Shown: positions 1-13,839, counted from the stretch's first letter. The stretch: 64,000 nucleotides of DNA from Felis catus (GCF_018350175.1 NC_058369.1:22074001-22138000); one strand, 5' to 3'. Translations and numbers: made by a program. Notes: a model not told the origin generated them from the sequence alone.

Positions 1-1227
1 ATTTGTTCAGGAAATAAAAAACATTGATGTGGATACCAGTGCACATGTGTGCTGACCTACAATAGAGTAGACTTTTTAGGCCAGTTGGCCACCTGTAGGA
101 TCCTGAGGCTGGCCCTGTGGGGAGCAGACATTTCCAGTGCCAGTCTCCCTGTCTGGTTCCTCCCTCCTCAGCTCAGGGACAGGCCTTGGCACATCCTGCT
201 GGTCAGCCGAGGGCTGGGTGCGTCTGCCCAGCACTTGACAAATGCAGTTTGAGCTCTCTTCTCCCAGAGGGCTCTTAAGCCCCATGATCCACAGGTGTAT
301 GGCTAGACCCAAAGGTACCTCCTCACCTGTTGCAGGGTGAGGGCCATGCTTGGGAACCTCATCTCCCCCTCCTTGACTTGAGAATGGCTGGTGCCAGCGC
401 CGGTCCAAGCTTGTCTTTGGCAGTGTGAGGAATCCCATGGCTGCATACCACCAGTTGGGACTCTCCTCAGGGGCTTTCTGCTTGGTGACTGCACGGTTTC
501 TAATCAGGAGCTCTGCCAGGTGGATGGTAGGGCCGCTGGCAGCTGCCTTGGCATTCTGTTAAGTAGGTGTGCAAGTTGTAGCCCATTGGGGAGCTCCAGG
601 GAGTGGGATCGGCAGGGTCATTTGCCCATCTGGCTTAGACTGTGTTACAGCACCGTGGGGGAGATGGAAGCAGAAGAGTGGCCTCCTTCCTGGTTTGTCA
701 GAGTCCTCTTTATCCTGTTTAGGAAAGCACAAGGAGAGCATTTGATTTCTACCGTGAAGGGTCTTGGCTTCACCTAGAAAGACCGAGACTGTGGCGTGTA
801 GTGCTTCAGAGTGACAAGCCAAGTCCGACCAGTCCCAATCCGAGAGGGATCTGGAAACCCGTGCTGCCCCTCCCGTGCACCCTCCCCTTTCTGCCCCATT
901 CTCATCCATTCAGCAGCTCACTGATTGTCTACCACGTGCTGAGAGGGAGACTGCGAACAGATCCACACTGATCCTGCCTTCAGGGAGCTTTTTATAATGC
1001 AAGGTAGCACCTAAGGTTCTAAGAAATTTTGGGATGCGTGCTGGGGTGGGATGGGGAGGTGGTTGGATTGATGGTCCTGCTTCTTCACAGATGCTCGTAT
1101 TTTCTTTCTCTTATCCAAAACCTGCAGAATCTTTACCACTAAAGAATGTTTCCATCTGTAACATCTGATTGCATTTATAGTACTTTTGTTGTGTCCATCA
1201 TCTGCCTGTTCTTCCATCTGTCCGCCA

Positions 1228-1251
1228 CCCTCGGACAGGCCCTCGGACAGG
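1228..1251. repeat. 12-bp perfect tandem duplication (ccctcggacagg x2)
   Basis: Read directly from the sequence. Confidence 0.9.
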
Positions 1252-1698
1252 AATGCAGAAAGAAAGAAGGCTTGGCCCCAGCTGTCAGGGAGCTCATCTC
1301 TGATTGCCTTCTCATTGTTCAAATTGCACCGTGGGTTTTGTTCCCCAGCTTAACTGTAAACTCCTTGAAGGTCAAAGACGATCTCTTCTTAGATATTCTT
1401 GGCAGAGGGGAAGGTTTGTTGGTCAGTGGATTGCTGGAACTGTAGTCCTGTTGTATTTGCTTAATGAAAGGGTGAACATAATGTCTACAAAGCCTGCCTG
1501 CCTACCTGCTTGCCAGGCTGCATGGATGTCTCCATGAGAGGCTCTTCGTTCTGATTTGGAAATCCAGTGTGGTGGGAGGGACTTGGGGAAAAAATATAAT
1601 GTCTTAATAGGCAAAGATCCCCAAGGTGTATTTGTGCTCGAGGCTCTCCTGAAGAATGAAAAGCTTCATTCATGCCTTTTCTTTATGCTTCGCTTCTT

Positions 1699-1729
<31 letters not shown>

Positions 1730-2661
1730 AAAAAAAAAAAAAAACACACACACACAGAAGAAAAAACACAGAAGAAAAAGAAGGGGATGTGTCAATTTAA
1801 GCTGCCTAATTCATTTTTAATGTGGGTCAGAGTTGTCATCTTCACGCGCCTTTGTCTCTTCACACCTAGGCTGCTGCTGACATGCTTGCCTCATCAACAA
1901 AGCTTAATTAACAGAGCCGGGAAGGTGACACACAGGGCTGACAATGCCGAGCATGGCTTTCTGCCTGCCCAGAGAGCCTTTGGGGTGGCGTCCCTCCCGA
2001 GCCAGTCGTCTGCCGTCTGAGGCGGATTTGCACTTGGGGAGCCAGGGTTCTGGGAGTCAGGCTGGGGCATGCATCAACAGTGTGGAGCATAGATTTGCTT
2101 CTTAGCAGATGTGGCTGGCCCACTTACGGTCCTAATGCCAGAAGAGTTGTCATTGTCTTAAAAAAAAAAAAAAAAAAAAAAGGATTTGACTTAAAAAAAA
2201 AATCAGACTCCGGGATAAGGCCAGGTTTGAATCTTAAAACAGGTTGACCTATTTTCATCACAGCATTATCAAAGCCTGCTTTGTGATTCTACCTTTGAGT
2301 GTGCTTTTATTGGTGTCACATGAACTGAACACCTGATTCGAGGAGGAGAGCATGCGAAGACCTTGTCTGGGGGAACTCTGTTTCCCGTGGGTCTGGGGGC
2401 TGAGCCTTAGCCTGCTCGAGCAGGTCCCCACCTAGGGGAGGGCCGCCCAGGCGAGGACGGCAGATGTCTAGGCTAGCCTGCAGGGTGGCACCTTCCACAG
2501 AGGGCATCTATACTTTCCTGTGTGACCTTGACAGCTGCCTGGGGAGGGAAGCCTGGCAGGCCATATTCTCCTTGCTCCACAGAAGAGGAAACAAGCTTAC
2601 ACAGGCAGGTGGTCAGAGAGCCTAGGTGAGAACATTCAAAGTCACTGAGACCTGTCCTCGT

Positions 2662-2699
2662 GCTGACCCAGAGGCCCCGCGCTGACCCAGAGGCCCCGC
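2662..2699. repeat. 19-bp perfect tandem duplication (gctgacccagaggccccgc x2)
   Basis: Copies at 2662-2680 and 2681-2699. Confidence 0.95.
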
Positions 2700-3384
2700 C
2701 TCTGAGAGCTTCCTCCTCTTTCCAGATCCTTTGTTCTCTTTCTCATTTGGTTTAAGTAGTTCCAGCTGTGGTTTGGGAACAAAGGAACCCCCAGACTGCA
2801 TGTAGGATCTGTGTGTAATAGGCCAGAAAGCTCACTCTTCCGGAAAACTTGGGAAAGTGAACTCCCCTGAGCTACCTTGTCACATGGTGAACCCCTTGGT
2901 GAGATGAGGGAAAGGTCTCAGTTCCTGGCAGAACAGGAACAACGCTGTGGCCAGTGCATTAGCCAGAGGAATTCATGCGGAGGAAAGAGAGAGGAGGGTT
3001 TTCCCACTGACTTTTTCCTGGCCTCTGTTCTGAGTTTTCTTCCCCCTTGGAGGACAAGATGGCTCCTCGTCCCAAGGGTCATACCCTGTGGTTTTATCAG
3101 TAGCCTCCTTTTCCACTACTTTGCTTTTCTTGATTGCCTCAGAGACGATTCCTCACTCAATTTATGTGACATGCTACAGTGTCTCTAGTGTTAAGAATGG
3201 GTGTCATAAAAAAATACCAAAGCAAACTTAATCCACTTAAGTTTTTTTTTCCAGTCATTGTACTCAACAAAAAATATTCACAAGGACCAGAGACTATTAG
3301 TATTATAAAAAGCAACAGCAATAAACCCTTCATGTTTTTGTAAAGAGCTTAAAAATTTTAGACCGTCTTTACTTCTGTTGTCTT

Positions 3385-3545
3385 ACTTGTCATTTCTGGA
3401 AACCATTTGGATTAGATAAACGGATATTTAAATGTTTCCATCTTACAGATGAGAGAATTAAGATCTGGATCAGGAACTTGCCCAAAGTTACTGGCCAGTT
3501 TAGTGAACACCTGAACTGAACACCTGAACCCAGATCCTTTAGTTC
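3385..3545 (-). mobile_element. MIR SINE fragment
   Basis: ccatcttacagatgagagaattaag...aacttgcccaaagttac...gaacccagatc resembles the reverse complement of the MIR core. Confidence 0.65.
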
Positions 3546-3559
3546 AGAATAAGACGGGC

Positions 3560-4440
3560 ATTGTCTTTAACTTCACGAAGCTAATGATGTATTTGGGAAA
3601 GACAGTAAACAAATACAGAGAAAAGTATTAAGACAGGTATAAGGGGAATATGTTGAGGGACCTACACTGGTCTAGGGAGTCAGGGTGAGCTTTCCTGAGA
3701 TAGCAGTGGGTAAATGAGACTTGGATGGTGAGTTGACTTTCATTAGATGAAGAGGTAGGAAGACTATTCAGGGCATGGCATGTTCAGGGAAGCAGCTAGA
3801 GCTTCACGTGGTTGGGCAAACAGGAGCAAGGGGTTGAGGACTATAGGATCACATCATGGGGGGGGGGTGCTTACAAGCCAGGCCAAGAGCTTTGATTTGG
3901 TCCTGAGGACTGTGAGGAGCTACTGAAGGGTTTTAAGCAGAGGAGTGCCATGTGTCACAGAAAGACTGACCTGGTGACTGGGGGGATATGTGTTGATGGT
4001 GGGGCAAGAATGCATTGGGCAGTCTGGTCATGCAGCTGCTGGAATTGCTCAGGGAGAAATAAGGTTATATGGACTGTGGTGGGCATAGCACGGTTGGACA
4101 GAAGGGGACAGATTGAGGAACAACTGGGGAGTGGACTGAACAGTTTGAAACTGTTTGATTGTGGCCGAAGTAAAGACTTCTTTAAAGGAAGAGAAGTAAA
4201 GATGTATTCTGAGGATTTTGGCTTGGATATGGGTAGGGCTGTTTTCTGGGTTCGGGAACCCTGGGGAAAAGGCCAGCTTGGGGAATCAAGAGGTAGGGAT
4301 CGTGGACTCTGTCTGGGCCATGCTGAGTTTGAGATGCCTGAAAATATCCAAGAGGAGACACCCATAGGAACTTAGACAAGTTGGCTGGGGCTTGGAAGAG
4401 AAAACTAGACTGGTAGTGTGAATTTTGGATCCACTGACAC
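3560..4440 (-). mobile_element. L2 LINE fragment
   Basis: L2-like phrases: gagctttgatttggtcctgagg...gagctactgaagggttttaagcagaggagtg and ggccatgctgagtttgagatgcctg. Confidence 0.7.
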
Positions 4441-7339
4441 AAAGTAAGTAGTTGAAATGGATTAGGCCACCAAATGCTGTGTCTTCTCATCTTTACCACA
4501 CTTGTTGAGAGGATGTTTCACTTAGGGCCTGGGCTAGGATCCAGAGCTTTAAGGGCATTGTTACCACGTCTGGAGTCAGTTTAATAAAGGCTGCTCCTTG
4601 GGTCCCAGTAAAGGGACCAAAAGAAAATCCAGTAGGCAAGCGGAACCAATGAATGAACTTGGTATTCTGAGTGTTGTTAATTTCATAACTTATGGGTGGT
4701 TGAAGGGAAGGCTGGTACATGGTTTCTGGTGACACTTTTTCATGGCTGTGTGTATTCCACCAGTTTTAAATCAGTAGGTCCTGTGGTGTACTACACAATT
4801 AAATAATTCTGAAAGACCTTCATAGTGTTTACAAATTGTGGATTCTTTGGATAAGTACCAAGAGGCTGCCTTCTTCGGCAACAGAGTACACACATTTTTA
4901 TGACTCCTGTTACCGAGGCACTCCATTGTGGGTGTCAACAAGAACTCCGGACTTGCTGGGGCAAGAGCTTCATGGCCTGTCCTTTAACAACTCCCAAAAG
5001 GTTGCCCTCCCTATGTTTCCAAGGGACCCCCTCTGGGGGCCACTCTGAAGACTAGAGGAAGAAGCACTCATTCACTGACTCATTCATCAGTGCTGGCTGT
5101 GCACCGTGCACCGTCTGTTGGGAACGTAAACATGACTCAGACCTTGCCCTGCTTACAGCCTGGGGCTGGTAGCCTAATAGCTGGGTAGATGTTACACTGA
5201 TAATTGCAGCCAAGGATGAGCTCTGCTTTATTTGAGTTCTGTATGAGGTGGGGGGGGGGGGTGGTTTAGAGGAGGGAGATGCTCCTTCTGCACAGAGAAA
5301 GGGCTTCACCGAGGTTGTGACAAGAACTTGAATTCGTGGAGATGACTAACAGCCCTGTTCCACTGTCTCTTTGGCAGTCAGAGAACTCTCGCCCAGAGGG
5401 CACACAGAGGTCAGCCCCCGGAGCCCCAGTTTACCCACAAACAGGAAAAGGCCCATGTGAGGACCAGAGCCACATGCCTGGCCAGCATTTTTTTTTTTTT
5501 TACCATTTAGTTTTTGAGGTTTGAATTCTTAACCAGATTTCTTCTGACCGTAAAGTTATTTAATGCTCCTGAGAAATCATTCGTAAAATTGGAAATTTTA
5601 TGTTACTTATGACTTGAGTAACTAGATACAGTTAGATGTACATACTATATATAAAAAACTAAAACAAATTCTGATATCCTTTGTTGGTGTGGGAATATCT
5701 CTTCTAGTAGAGAATGACAGAAAAGATCTTGATTAATATTTTGTCGTGTTCACAGTTTTTGGAGAGCATCTTTCATTTCTCAGCCACTTCATGTACATTT
5801 CCATTTTGCATGGTGTCACTGCTAGAATTACCGAAGCTTCTGAATGGTGACAGATGTGTGATTCTTCAGTTCTACGGATCTGTAGGGTTTTCCCTCACGC
5901 CGAAATCAGTGTCTTTTTTTTTTAATTTAATTACATCTTTAATGAATATTTTATCAAACGAACTCCATGTCTTGTATTTCATTATTAATGTCGTTTATGA
6001 GGCTCTGTCCTCATTAGCATAATTTAGAAGCAAATAGATTACTGAAGGAGGGATGATACTTTAGGGACGATGGGTGGGAGTTGGGGAAAGACCATCCGTG
6101 CGCCTTTCTCAGTGCCAACAAACACGGGCATTTACAGGTGCTGTGGGAGGAGCTGGCTTGGTTGCATGTGCCTTTCACCTGGGGGGACAAATTGAGTGCG
6201 TGTGTTCTGTGAGATGAAGTTGTCCTAAATGCGTACTGTTCCTGCAGCATTTTGGCTGCAGCACAGCTGTGAGGTGGCAGAGACAGAGCAGGGCAGTGGA
6301 GGCAGGACAGATGTGTGTGTGGGTCAAGGTCAGTCTCATCCTTACTGGGTCACTTGAGTCAAGTGCCCTTCCCCTGACTCACAGTCATTTTGACCTGCCC
6401 ACTGTCCAGAGAGTCCCCTGGTTCACTGATGACCCTGGCAGCCGGCTTCTCATTTTCCTTTCTGTCTGGACTAAATTATATGGATGCCCATTCAGCCCAC
6501 TCTGGTCTCTCATTTCCAGGGACCTTCTTCTTCTCCCCTTAGTTGGTCACCCCCTCCCCCACCCCCCTGTACCTTGGGTCTGTAGCCACAGGTAAGTTCC
6601 AGCCCCTAAGCCTCTCCCTCGACACCTACCTTGCCCCTCCTCCCAGCTTGCCTGCCCAGCAGTGCCCTGGGACCTGTTCTCCATCCTCCCTAATCTTTGC
6701 AGAACTTTGCTTTCTGGCTTGGCTCAGATCCAGACATTTCAAATCATTGTCCTAAATGCCCTTCCCGTTTGTCCCTTCCCGGGAAGTTCCCAGCCCTGGA
6801 TGAATCCAGCCAGCTCTTCTGGCTTTGGCTGCCTGACCACCACCACCCCCCCTTGTTCATGATTGCTGGGCCACACTAGCCTGAGTTGACCTCCTTCCCA
6901 CTTCAGAGCATCCTCATACACTGTTCCAGCTTCCCGAGTTGTTCTTCCCTGTCTTCATCCACTTCTTCTGGTCCCAACTCTTCATTTGCATCACAGGGGG
7001 CCTTCTCTGGCTGCCTGGCTGAGATAGGTTCTCTCCTACCAGGTGCTCACTCAGCACACTGTGCTGGGCTGTTCTGCACTCAGGGTCATCACTTGTTTGT
7101 GTGTTCAAGACCTGGCCCAGGCTTCCCAGGGCAGTCCTAACTTCAGATCTTTGTTCCTTCATGCCCACGAAAGATCCCAGAAATCCTATTACTGTGGCAT
7201 CTGAATGCCGTCTCTCAGACTATCTCTGTGACTCCGAAGCAGCTCAAATCTCTTGGCAGCATGAGAGTCCTGATTTTTGGTTTCTCAAATCCCTGTGGTC
7301 TTCAGCGATAATCCCTATTGTCTGGAGGTGTGGTAGGTT

Positions 7340-7570
7340 ATTAGTGAGGGGTGTAGGCTCTGGACCAAAGTGCTTGAGCTAAATCCTGACCTCACCACTT
7401 CTAGCTAGAGGGCCTTGGGTCAGGTACCTGCCTGGAGCCTGAATTTCCGCATGTGGGAAATAACAGTACCCACCCCCTGGTAGTGAGAGGATTAAAATGC
7501 ACTGATTCAGGTGTGGGGCACATAGAGGGTGTCAGGGTGCAGGTGAGCATCCAGGAAGTGCTGGCTTTGT
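7340..7570 (+). mobile_element. MIR SINE
   Basis: aaatcctgacctcaccacttctagct...ccttgggtcaggtacct...gagaggattaaa. Confidence 0.7.
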
Positions 7571-8289
7571 GAGCTGTTCTTTGCCATGGTGGGGGATGTA
7601 AGGCTCTACTGCCTCGTGTTCCACGTGCTTCTCTTACACATAGGCCTCAATAAACATTTGTAGGTAGAGACCAGCACCTGGAGAAGGCACTGGATGCTGG
7701 CTTTTGAGCCCACAGTGTAAACAGCTCATTTCCCACGTCCCTGGCCCCCACCACTCCGGGTGGCACCTCGCTCTCGACGCTTGCCTCCCTCTCCCACACA
7801 CGGAACAAGTTCCTCTTCGTGCATTTCCTCCTCTCATTCTGTCCACCTGGGATACTCTCTCTAGGTCTTTCCTTGAACCCAACATCGTGTCCTACCATCC
7901 CCTTTATTACCAACTTCACAAACCCTGAGTGTGTGTCTGCTGACCGTTGACCTTGTCGCTTTCTGATTCTCAACTTGGAAACTACCGAAGGCAGGAGTGA
8001 TGTTTCCTCTTTCCTGGGAACCGCACTAAGCATAGAAAGAACTCCACTCTTCTCAGGCATTCAGGCAAAGCTCACTGACTGAAGGCAGTAACCGGCTGAC
8101 CTAGTGCTGGTGTTCATGTATGGTATCTGCATGTCAGGTGTCCCCTGGGATGCTGGTTAAATCCCTTGTCGCTCAGCATATTTTGTCATCAACTTTTGGC
8201 AAAACCGGCTGACAGGACCTTGTCCTCCCCGCCTTTTCTTTCCCTGCCTTTCCGGGAGCATGTGATCCCTCTCTACACTACGGTGTCCT

Positions 8290-8880
8290 TGTTCTCATTC
8301 AGCAGTTCAGTAGGACTGAGTGCATGCCTACTGTGTGACAGGCAGGGACTCATTTGGGCACCGAGGAGCAGCAGCGAACCAAACAGGAAGGGCTCCCGTT
8401 CTTGTGGAGCTATGTTCTGGTGGGAAGAGACAGACGATAGACACCCCCGCCCCAACCCCTCCCTAGATGGTGCTTACATTCTGGCCAGGGAGATGAAAGA
8501 AGGGGGTAAGGATACTACTGCAGGTTTTGGTGGCCAGGAGAGGCTTCTGTGATGAAGTGATATGTGAGCAGGGATTGAATGGGGTGAGGAAGCAAACTTT
8601 ACAGATATCCTTGCAGATATCCAGGAAACAGTATTTGAGACAGAAGGGACAGCACGTACCAAGGCCCTGAGGAGAGGGGTGTGCAAGTGCTGTCTTGGGA
8701 GGATCACGAGGAGGTACCTTCAGGGAGAGTGGAAAGGCTGAACTGGGGAGAGTGGAAGGGGCTGAGACACAGCAAGGGGAGACTAGACAGCACAGGCTCC
8801 CAAAGGGCCTTGGATTTTATTCTCAACTAGATGGGGAGCCATTCGAGGATTTTGAGGAGCAGAGAGACACAATTTATGTA
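8290..8880 (-). mobile_element. L2 LINE 3' fragments
   Basis: cattcagcag...tgagtgcatgcctactgtgtg and ttggattttattctcaactagatggggagccattcgaggattttgag. Confidence 0.65.
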
Positions 8881-11800
8881 GTGTCACCTTCGATTCTCAA
8901 GAGCTTGAGGAAATCGAACTAACAAAGTCATAGGAGGAGGGAAGTTACTTGCATTTTAGCAGAAGGGCACCTTCCTAATTACGGGGAAGGCCCAAAGCAA
9001 AAAGGCTATAGTGTAGGTGGGATTAAGTGACTCTAATGCCTCCTGCTTGCTCTCTCCCAGCATGTATAGAAGTGGTAAACACTTTGGAGGAAATATACCC
9101 CAAACCCAGTGTGGTTTCTTCTTGGTTTGTTTTTGGCACCACAAAACTTGTCTTTTACTGGTGAAACCAGAGAACCTTAAATATTTCTCGCGGACATCAA
9201 CTTTTTTCTTTCAAATTTTAAAATGGTATTGTGGACGTGCAGATTTTAAAAGTTATACACAGTTTGAAAGACACAAACGTATGCAAGAATTCAATGGGAG
9301 ATGTTCTGAGATGTGAATTCAAACCCAGAGAACCATCAAGCAGGCTTCTGTAAAACCCCTTGGCCATTGCACCTGTTGCGGCAATGACAGGGGGCTGCTT
9401 GTAGCTCTGCCCAAAGGCTTTGTTCCCCTCTCTCTGAGGATTGTAAAAGTCCCAGGGCCATCCTGTTGGTGTTGAAGTCATGAGCTAGTGAGGGAAGAGA
9501 GAGGGAGGGATGGGTGGGGCCCGGGGTGGTGTCTGTCCTTCACCCTTGAGGTGGGACAAGGACCGTGTGCCAAGGCTATACCAAGCAGCTGGAATTTCTT
9601 TCTTCTCAGCCCAGTCTCCCTGCCCCCACCCTCCACAACATGGCAGGTGGACAGAAGGTGGTGCCTCACCTGCCCCTGGACTGAGAAGTGGCCTTGCGTC
9701 CTGCCTGCACAGCCGGGTCACCAGCAGAGACGGCTGAAGTCCCAGGCACCTTTGTAAGAGCTTCAGTCAGAAATGATGATGTTTGAATCCATTCTTCAGG
9801 GAGCTGCTGCTTTTCTTAGATGGTGTAAAAAAGGAAAGATGGAAGGTAGAATCTTTGAAGTCAAAGGAATGGGAATTAAGTTCAGCGACAGAACCCACCA
9901 GGCCATCAGGCACAGTCTGTGTGACTAAGGAGGGTGTGAGGGAGGGAGCAGTCCCCTGCATGCACGTGTGTGTGTGTGTGTGGTGTGTGTGCTCACACAC
10001 ATGCGTGTTTAAAGGCAGAAGAAATGGGATTCCCATGGACAGAAAGGCCCTCACTTCCGAGTATGCAGTCTGGTTCATATTAGTAACCAAACTTAGAGGA
10101 CAGCTTTAGGCTGTGTGTTGTGTCACTTGAAAGCATTTAAAATAATCTAGCTGGTCTAGAAGGCAGCTGTCTCAGTCTTACTTGAGGATGGGGACAAAGT
10201 CACTGGAATGCTCTTGGCTTCCTGATACTCCAGACAAGAAGCTAGAGCCCAGCTTCCTCAGGCCATGTACTTTCATTAGTTAATTCAACCGCTTCAGCAA
10301 GTATTTCTTGAGCACCTACAGGTGGCAGCCACTGTTCCTGGTCCTGGGGCCGATGGGTGAACAGGCTCCACGTGGAGCTTACGCTCTCTTGGGCGGGGAA
10401 CAGCCACGCAACAGATGAGCAGAGAAGGTGACCTCACAGAGCACCCACCTTATGAAGGAGAGAAAGTGAGGCGGTGTGGTAGGCCTGCTGGATGGCTCTG
10501 GGGCAGAGCTTCCAAGGCAGGAGGGAAATACAGACCTTGATGCAGAAAGAAGTGTTTTTAAGGAGCAAAAAGGAGGCCAGTTGATGCCTCCTGGTGCAGA
10601 GGAGAACAGTGGTTTCTGTGAATCTCATGTTCCTGGGCAACTCCACAGATCTGCATGTAAATGGCAGGCACAGTCATGGGCACCAGGATCCTCTTTTTCT
10701 GAGCTGTCTTTCTTCCCTTTTGCCCAAGATGTAAAGATTTCTGAGCAGAGCATGAGTGTCTTGAGACTTGGCCATTCTGCCATTTTCCCCCCAATCACCC
10801 AAGTAAGAAAATTCCATCTTCCCGAATCCCCCCGTTGATCTAGAATTGTGCACTGGCGGCAGTGTTTTCCCTTGCAGCTTTATTATTCCGCTGTAGCTTT
10901 CCTACCGATTGTCTTTTCTCCATGCGGTCTGTCCCCTGGTTGTCTCTCTTTGTGAAGCTAATTGTTGAGCCATTAAAACGGTTCGTTAGTTCAAACACAA
11001 CCACTGCACACAGCTGTTTGATGGGGAGTTTCACCTTGGTGTTTCAGTCCATCTTTGAGTTGGTAGTTGTGATGATCAGCTCCTCCTTGGACAGTGTGCT
11101 GCTACCCACAGAAGAATGCAAAGGTCCAGCCACGTGAGGACACTGGGCATTTGGAGGGAGTTGAGCTGAGTCCTAAGAATACTTGCATTTGGAAGAGAAA
11201 GATAACTTCCGAGAGTAAGCCAGGGGTGAAGGCAATAGCACCTTCCCTCCAATCCCACTCTGGGTCCCTCACCCACATAGAAGCCCCAGATCACAGTGGA
11301 GGCCCCTAGGGACCAGGAAGGGCCATCCATCCATTTGTTCTCCATCTCCAGCTGGTCCCTGAAGCTACTGGCATTCAGGGCTACTTCCCTGATGCTCCCT
11401 GACCCAGCTCACCAGAGCCCACTGACTGGGGCCAGAGCCACGGTCATCCCGGGCCCTTGCCTGCCTGCCTACCATCACCCATTCTGTACTGGCCCCAGCT
11501 CCTAGTAACATCTGCCTGACTGGACTGTGCTTGTCTAGAATGCAGCTGAACCTGTAGAAGGTGCCAGTTGAGAATTCGTGGAAAAAAAATGTTTTCATGG
11601 TTCTTGCCTTCAAGGAGTTTACAGTCTAGTGTGCACAACAACATGAGTAATAAAGGCACATTGTGACTTTATTCCCCAGAGGGTCGTTCGGACAGAGGGG
11701 TCAAGCAGGAGGGGATGCAGGTCTGTGTGGTGGAATGGGTTACGAGGTAGTGGCTTCTGTTGTCACAAAGAGCCCAGGCTGGTGTCAGGGTGGACACTCT

Positions 11801-13462
11801 TGACCTCCTGGGGTTTATTTTCAGTTGTAGAATTCTGGCTTCACTGAAGACACCAGGCGTAGCCACTTGCAGCTTTAAGTGCCACAAGGAGAAGGAGAAA
11901 GAGGTGGAGAGCAAAGGCCCATGCACTGCAGAAATGCTCCTTCCGGCCAGTGCCCAGGCAGGCCTCACGACTCTGGGGAAGGCGAGCTGGACCAGGGTCC
12001 TGGGTTCCAGTCCCAGATGCCCACAAGCTTGCTCTGTGACCTGGACCTCTGCCCTCAGTGACCCCTGCTCTGTCACTTTACAGTAATATATTCGTATGCA
12101 CGTGGCAGAGGTTATGGGCACGTGTGCACCTCTGCACGTGGGCCATTGAGTTTGAGGACCAGTAACTCCAGAGTCGGGAGATAATCCACTGGGAGGCAGG
12201 AACCCTGAGGGGAGTGGTCTTTGTCATTTACTGTGTCATTTTGGGGAAAATCGAGCAGAATGATGCCCACCTGTGAATAAGCACCAGGGAGTGGTAGAAG
12301 GCGCTTAAACCCAGATCCATTGGAATCCAGAGGCCTGATTTGGTCCTTGTCTCAGGCTGGTGGAAGGCTCCGCTCCACTTGGATTATTTGGACTCCCCCC
12401 ACATTTTCAAGGAGAGTCCTCGCTACCGGCTTTTGCTAAAAAAGTTGCTGTCATTCTGGGTTTCTTTTTTTTTTTTTTTTAAACTCCTTCCCATCTCTCC
12501 AGTAAAAACACCAGAAATCTAGGACCTGTTCTGATGCTGGTGATGAGCCAAGGAAGCAGGTAACCCAGCGGGCTCGTGTAGAAGGTGCTCGGGCCCCCGT
12601 TTCTGCCCCCTGCCCACCCCGTGGGAGATGGGACACCAGCATCTTCCCACGGAGGCCTGAGAGTAAGGCCATAACTCTGGGGAAAATACTCCATGATTAT
12701 TTTCCTTCCGCAGCATGGCCTTTTCCAGGCAATTTGATTTTCATCATCGCCCACCATTTAGGAATACATTTTTCTAGGGAGCTGTCGTGTCTTCAGAGGG
12801 AAACTCTGAAACTGGTCCTCAGAGCTCCGTCCCCCTTCGCTTCACTCCCTGGTCCAATTCTGACTGGAAAGTGGAAGACTAGTGGAAATAGAATGTTTCC
12901 ATATTAAACATTCACAAGTCATAATCCATAAGTAATTAGTAAGCTTTATTAATAAGTCTTCACAGGCTCAGACAGTAGATTTCAGAGATTGTTTTTTGGA
13001 GAGCCTTCTGTGGAAGGGGGTTTGAGGAAAAGCTGGTGGTCCTGTTGTACACAGCTTGGGACTATTTCCCTTTGATTTCTTCTTACAGCGACTTCTACAC
13101 AAAGCAGAAAGAAAGGCTTCCTTCAGAAGAATTACAGAGGCGACCCCTGGGGCCAGCCGCGGTGAGAGGAATTGAACTTCTAGTTAATTAGCGAAGGCCC
13201 AAGCATCCCCAGTGGAGAGGGACGTGCCCGGCCTGGGCGCTGAGAGACCAGTCTCCGCACACAAAGCCCTGCAGCTGACAGCCATGTCATCTTGGGGGAC
13301 CTTTCTGGGCCCCAGGACAGCTGAGAAACCTGATGCCATTTGAAAATGTTCTCGAGGGCTCTAGCAGATTAGCCAGTCATGGAAGTACATACATTTTAGC
13401 TGGCCAAATTTGGATGTGGTATCAGTGTGCTTTAAAAAAAAAAAAAAAAAAAAAAACCACAT

Positions 13463-13680
13463 GGGGCGCCTGGGTGGCGCAGTCGGTTGAGCGTCCGACT
13501 TCAGCCAGGTCACGATCTCGCGGTCCGTGAGTTCGAGCCCCGCGTCGGGCTCTGTGCTGACCGCTCAGAGCCTGGAGCCTGTTTCCGATTCTGTGTCTCC
13601 CTTTCTCTCTGCCCCTCCCCCATTCATGCTCTGTCTCTCTCTGTCCCAAAAATAAATAAACGTTGAAAAAAAAATTAAAA
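13463..13680 (+). mobile_element. Young felid CanSINE (SINEC_Fc type), full length
   Basis: ggggcgcctgggtggcgcagtcggttgagcgtccgacttcagccaggtcacg head, (CT) linker, AATAAA and A tail; flanked by A(n)ccaca on both sides; CpGs intact. Confidence 0.97.
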
Positions 13681-13839
13681 AAAAAAACCACAGTTCCTGC
13701 TAAACAGGAACGTGTACGTAAATTGGATTTTAAGTAGTTTTCCAATGAAAAGGATCTTCTACTTTTTTAAAATATTTAGGTTCTCCTGAAGGGGAAGCTC
13801 TGTCTGCATTTTCTGTCTGCATGCTGCCTTTACATGTGT

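Noticed and set aside
1699..1780. Lysine-rich stretch of ORF 1556-2020
   Set aside because: It is an A-rich (CAAAA)n/(CA)n low-complexity tract.
13463..13545. tRNA-like A and B boxes as tRNA genes
   Set aside because: These are the tRNA-derived heads of CanSINEs, followed by the SINE body and A tail.
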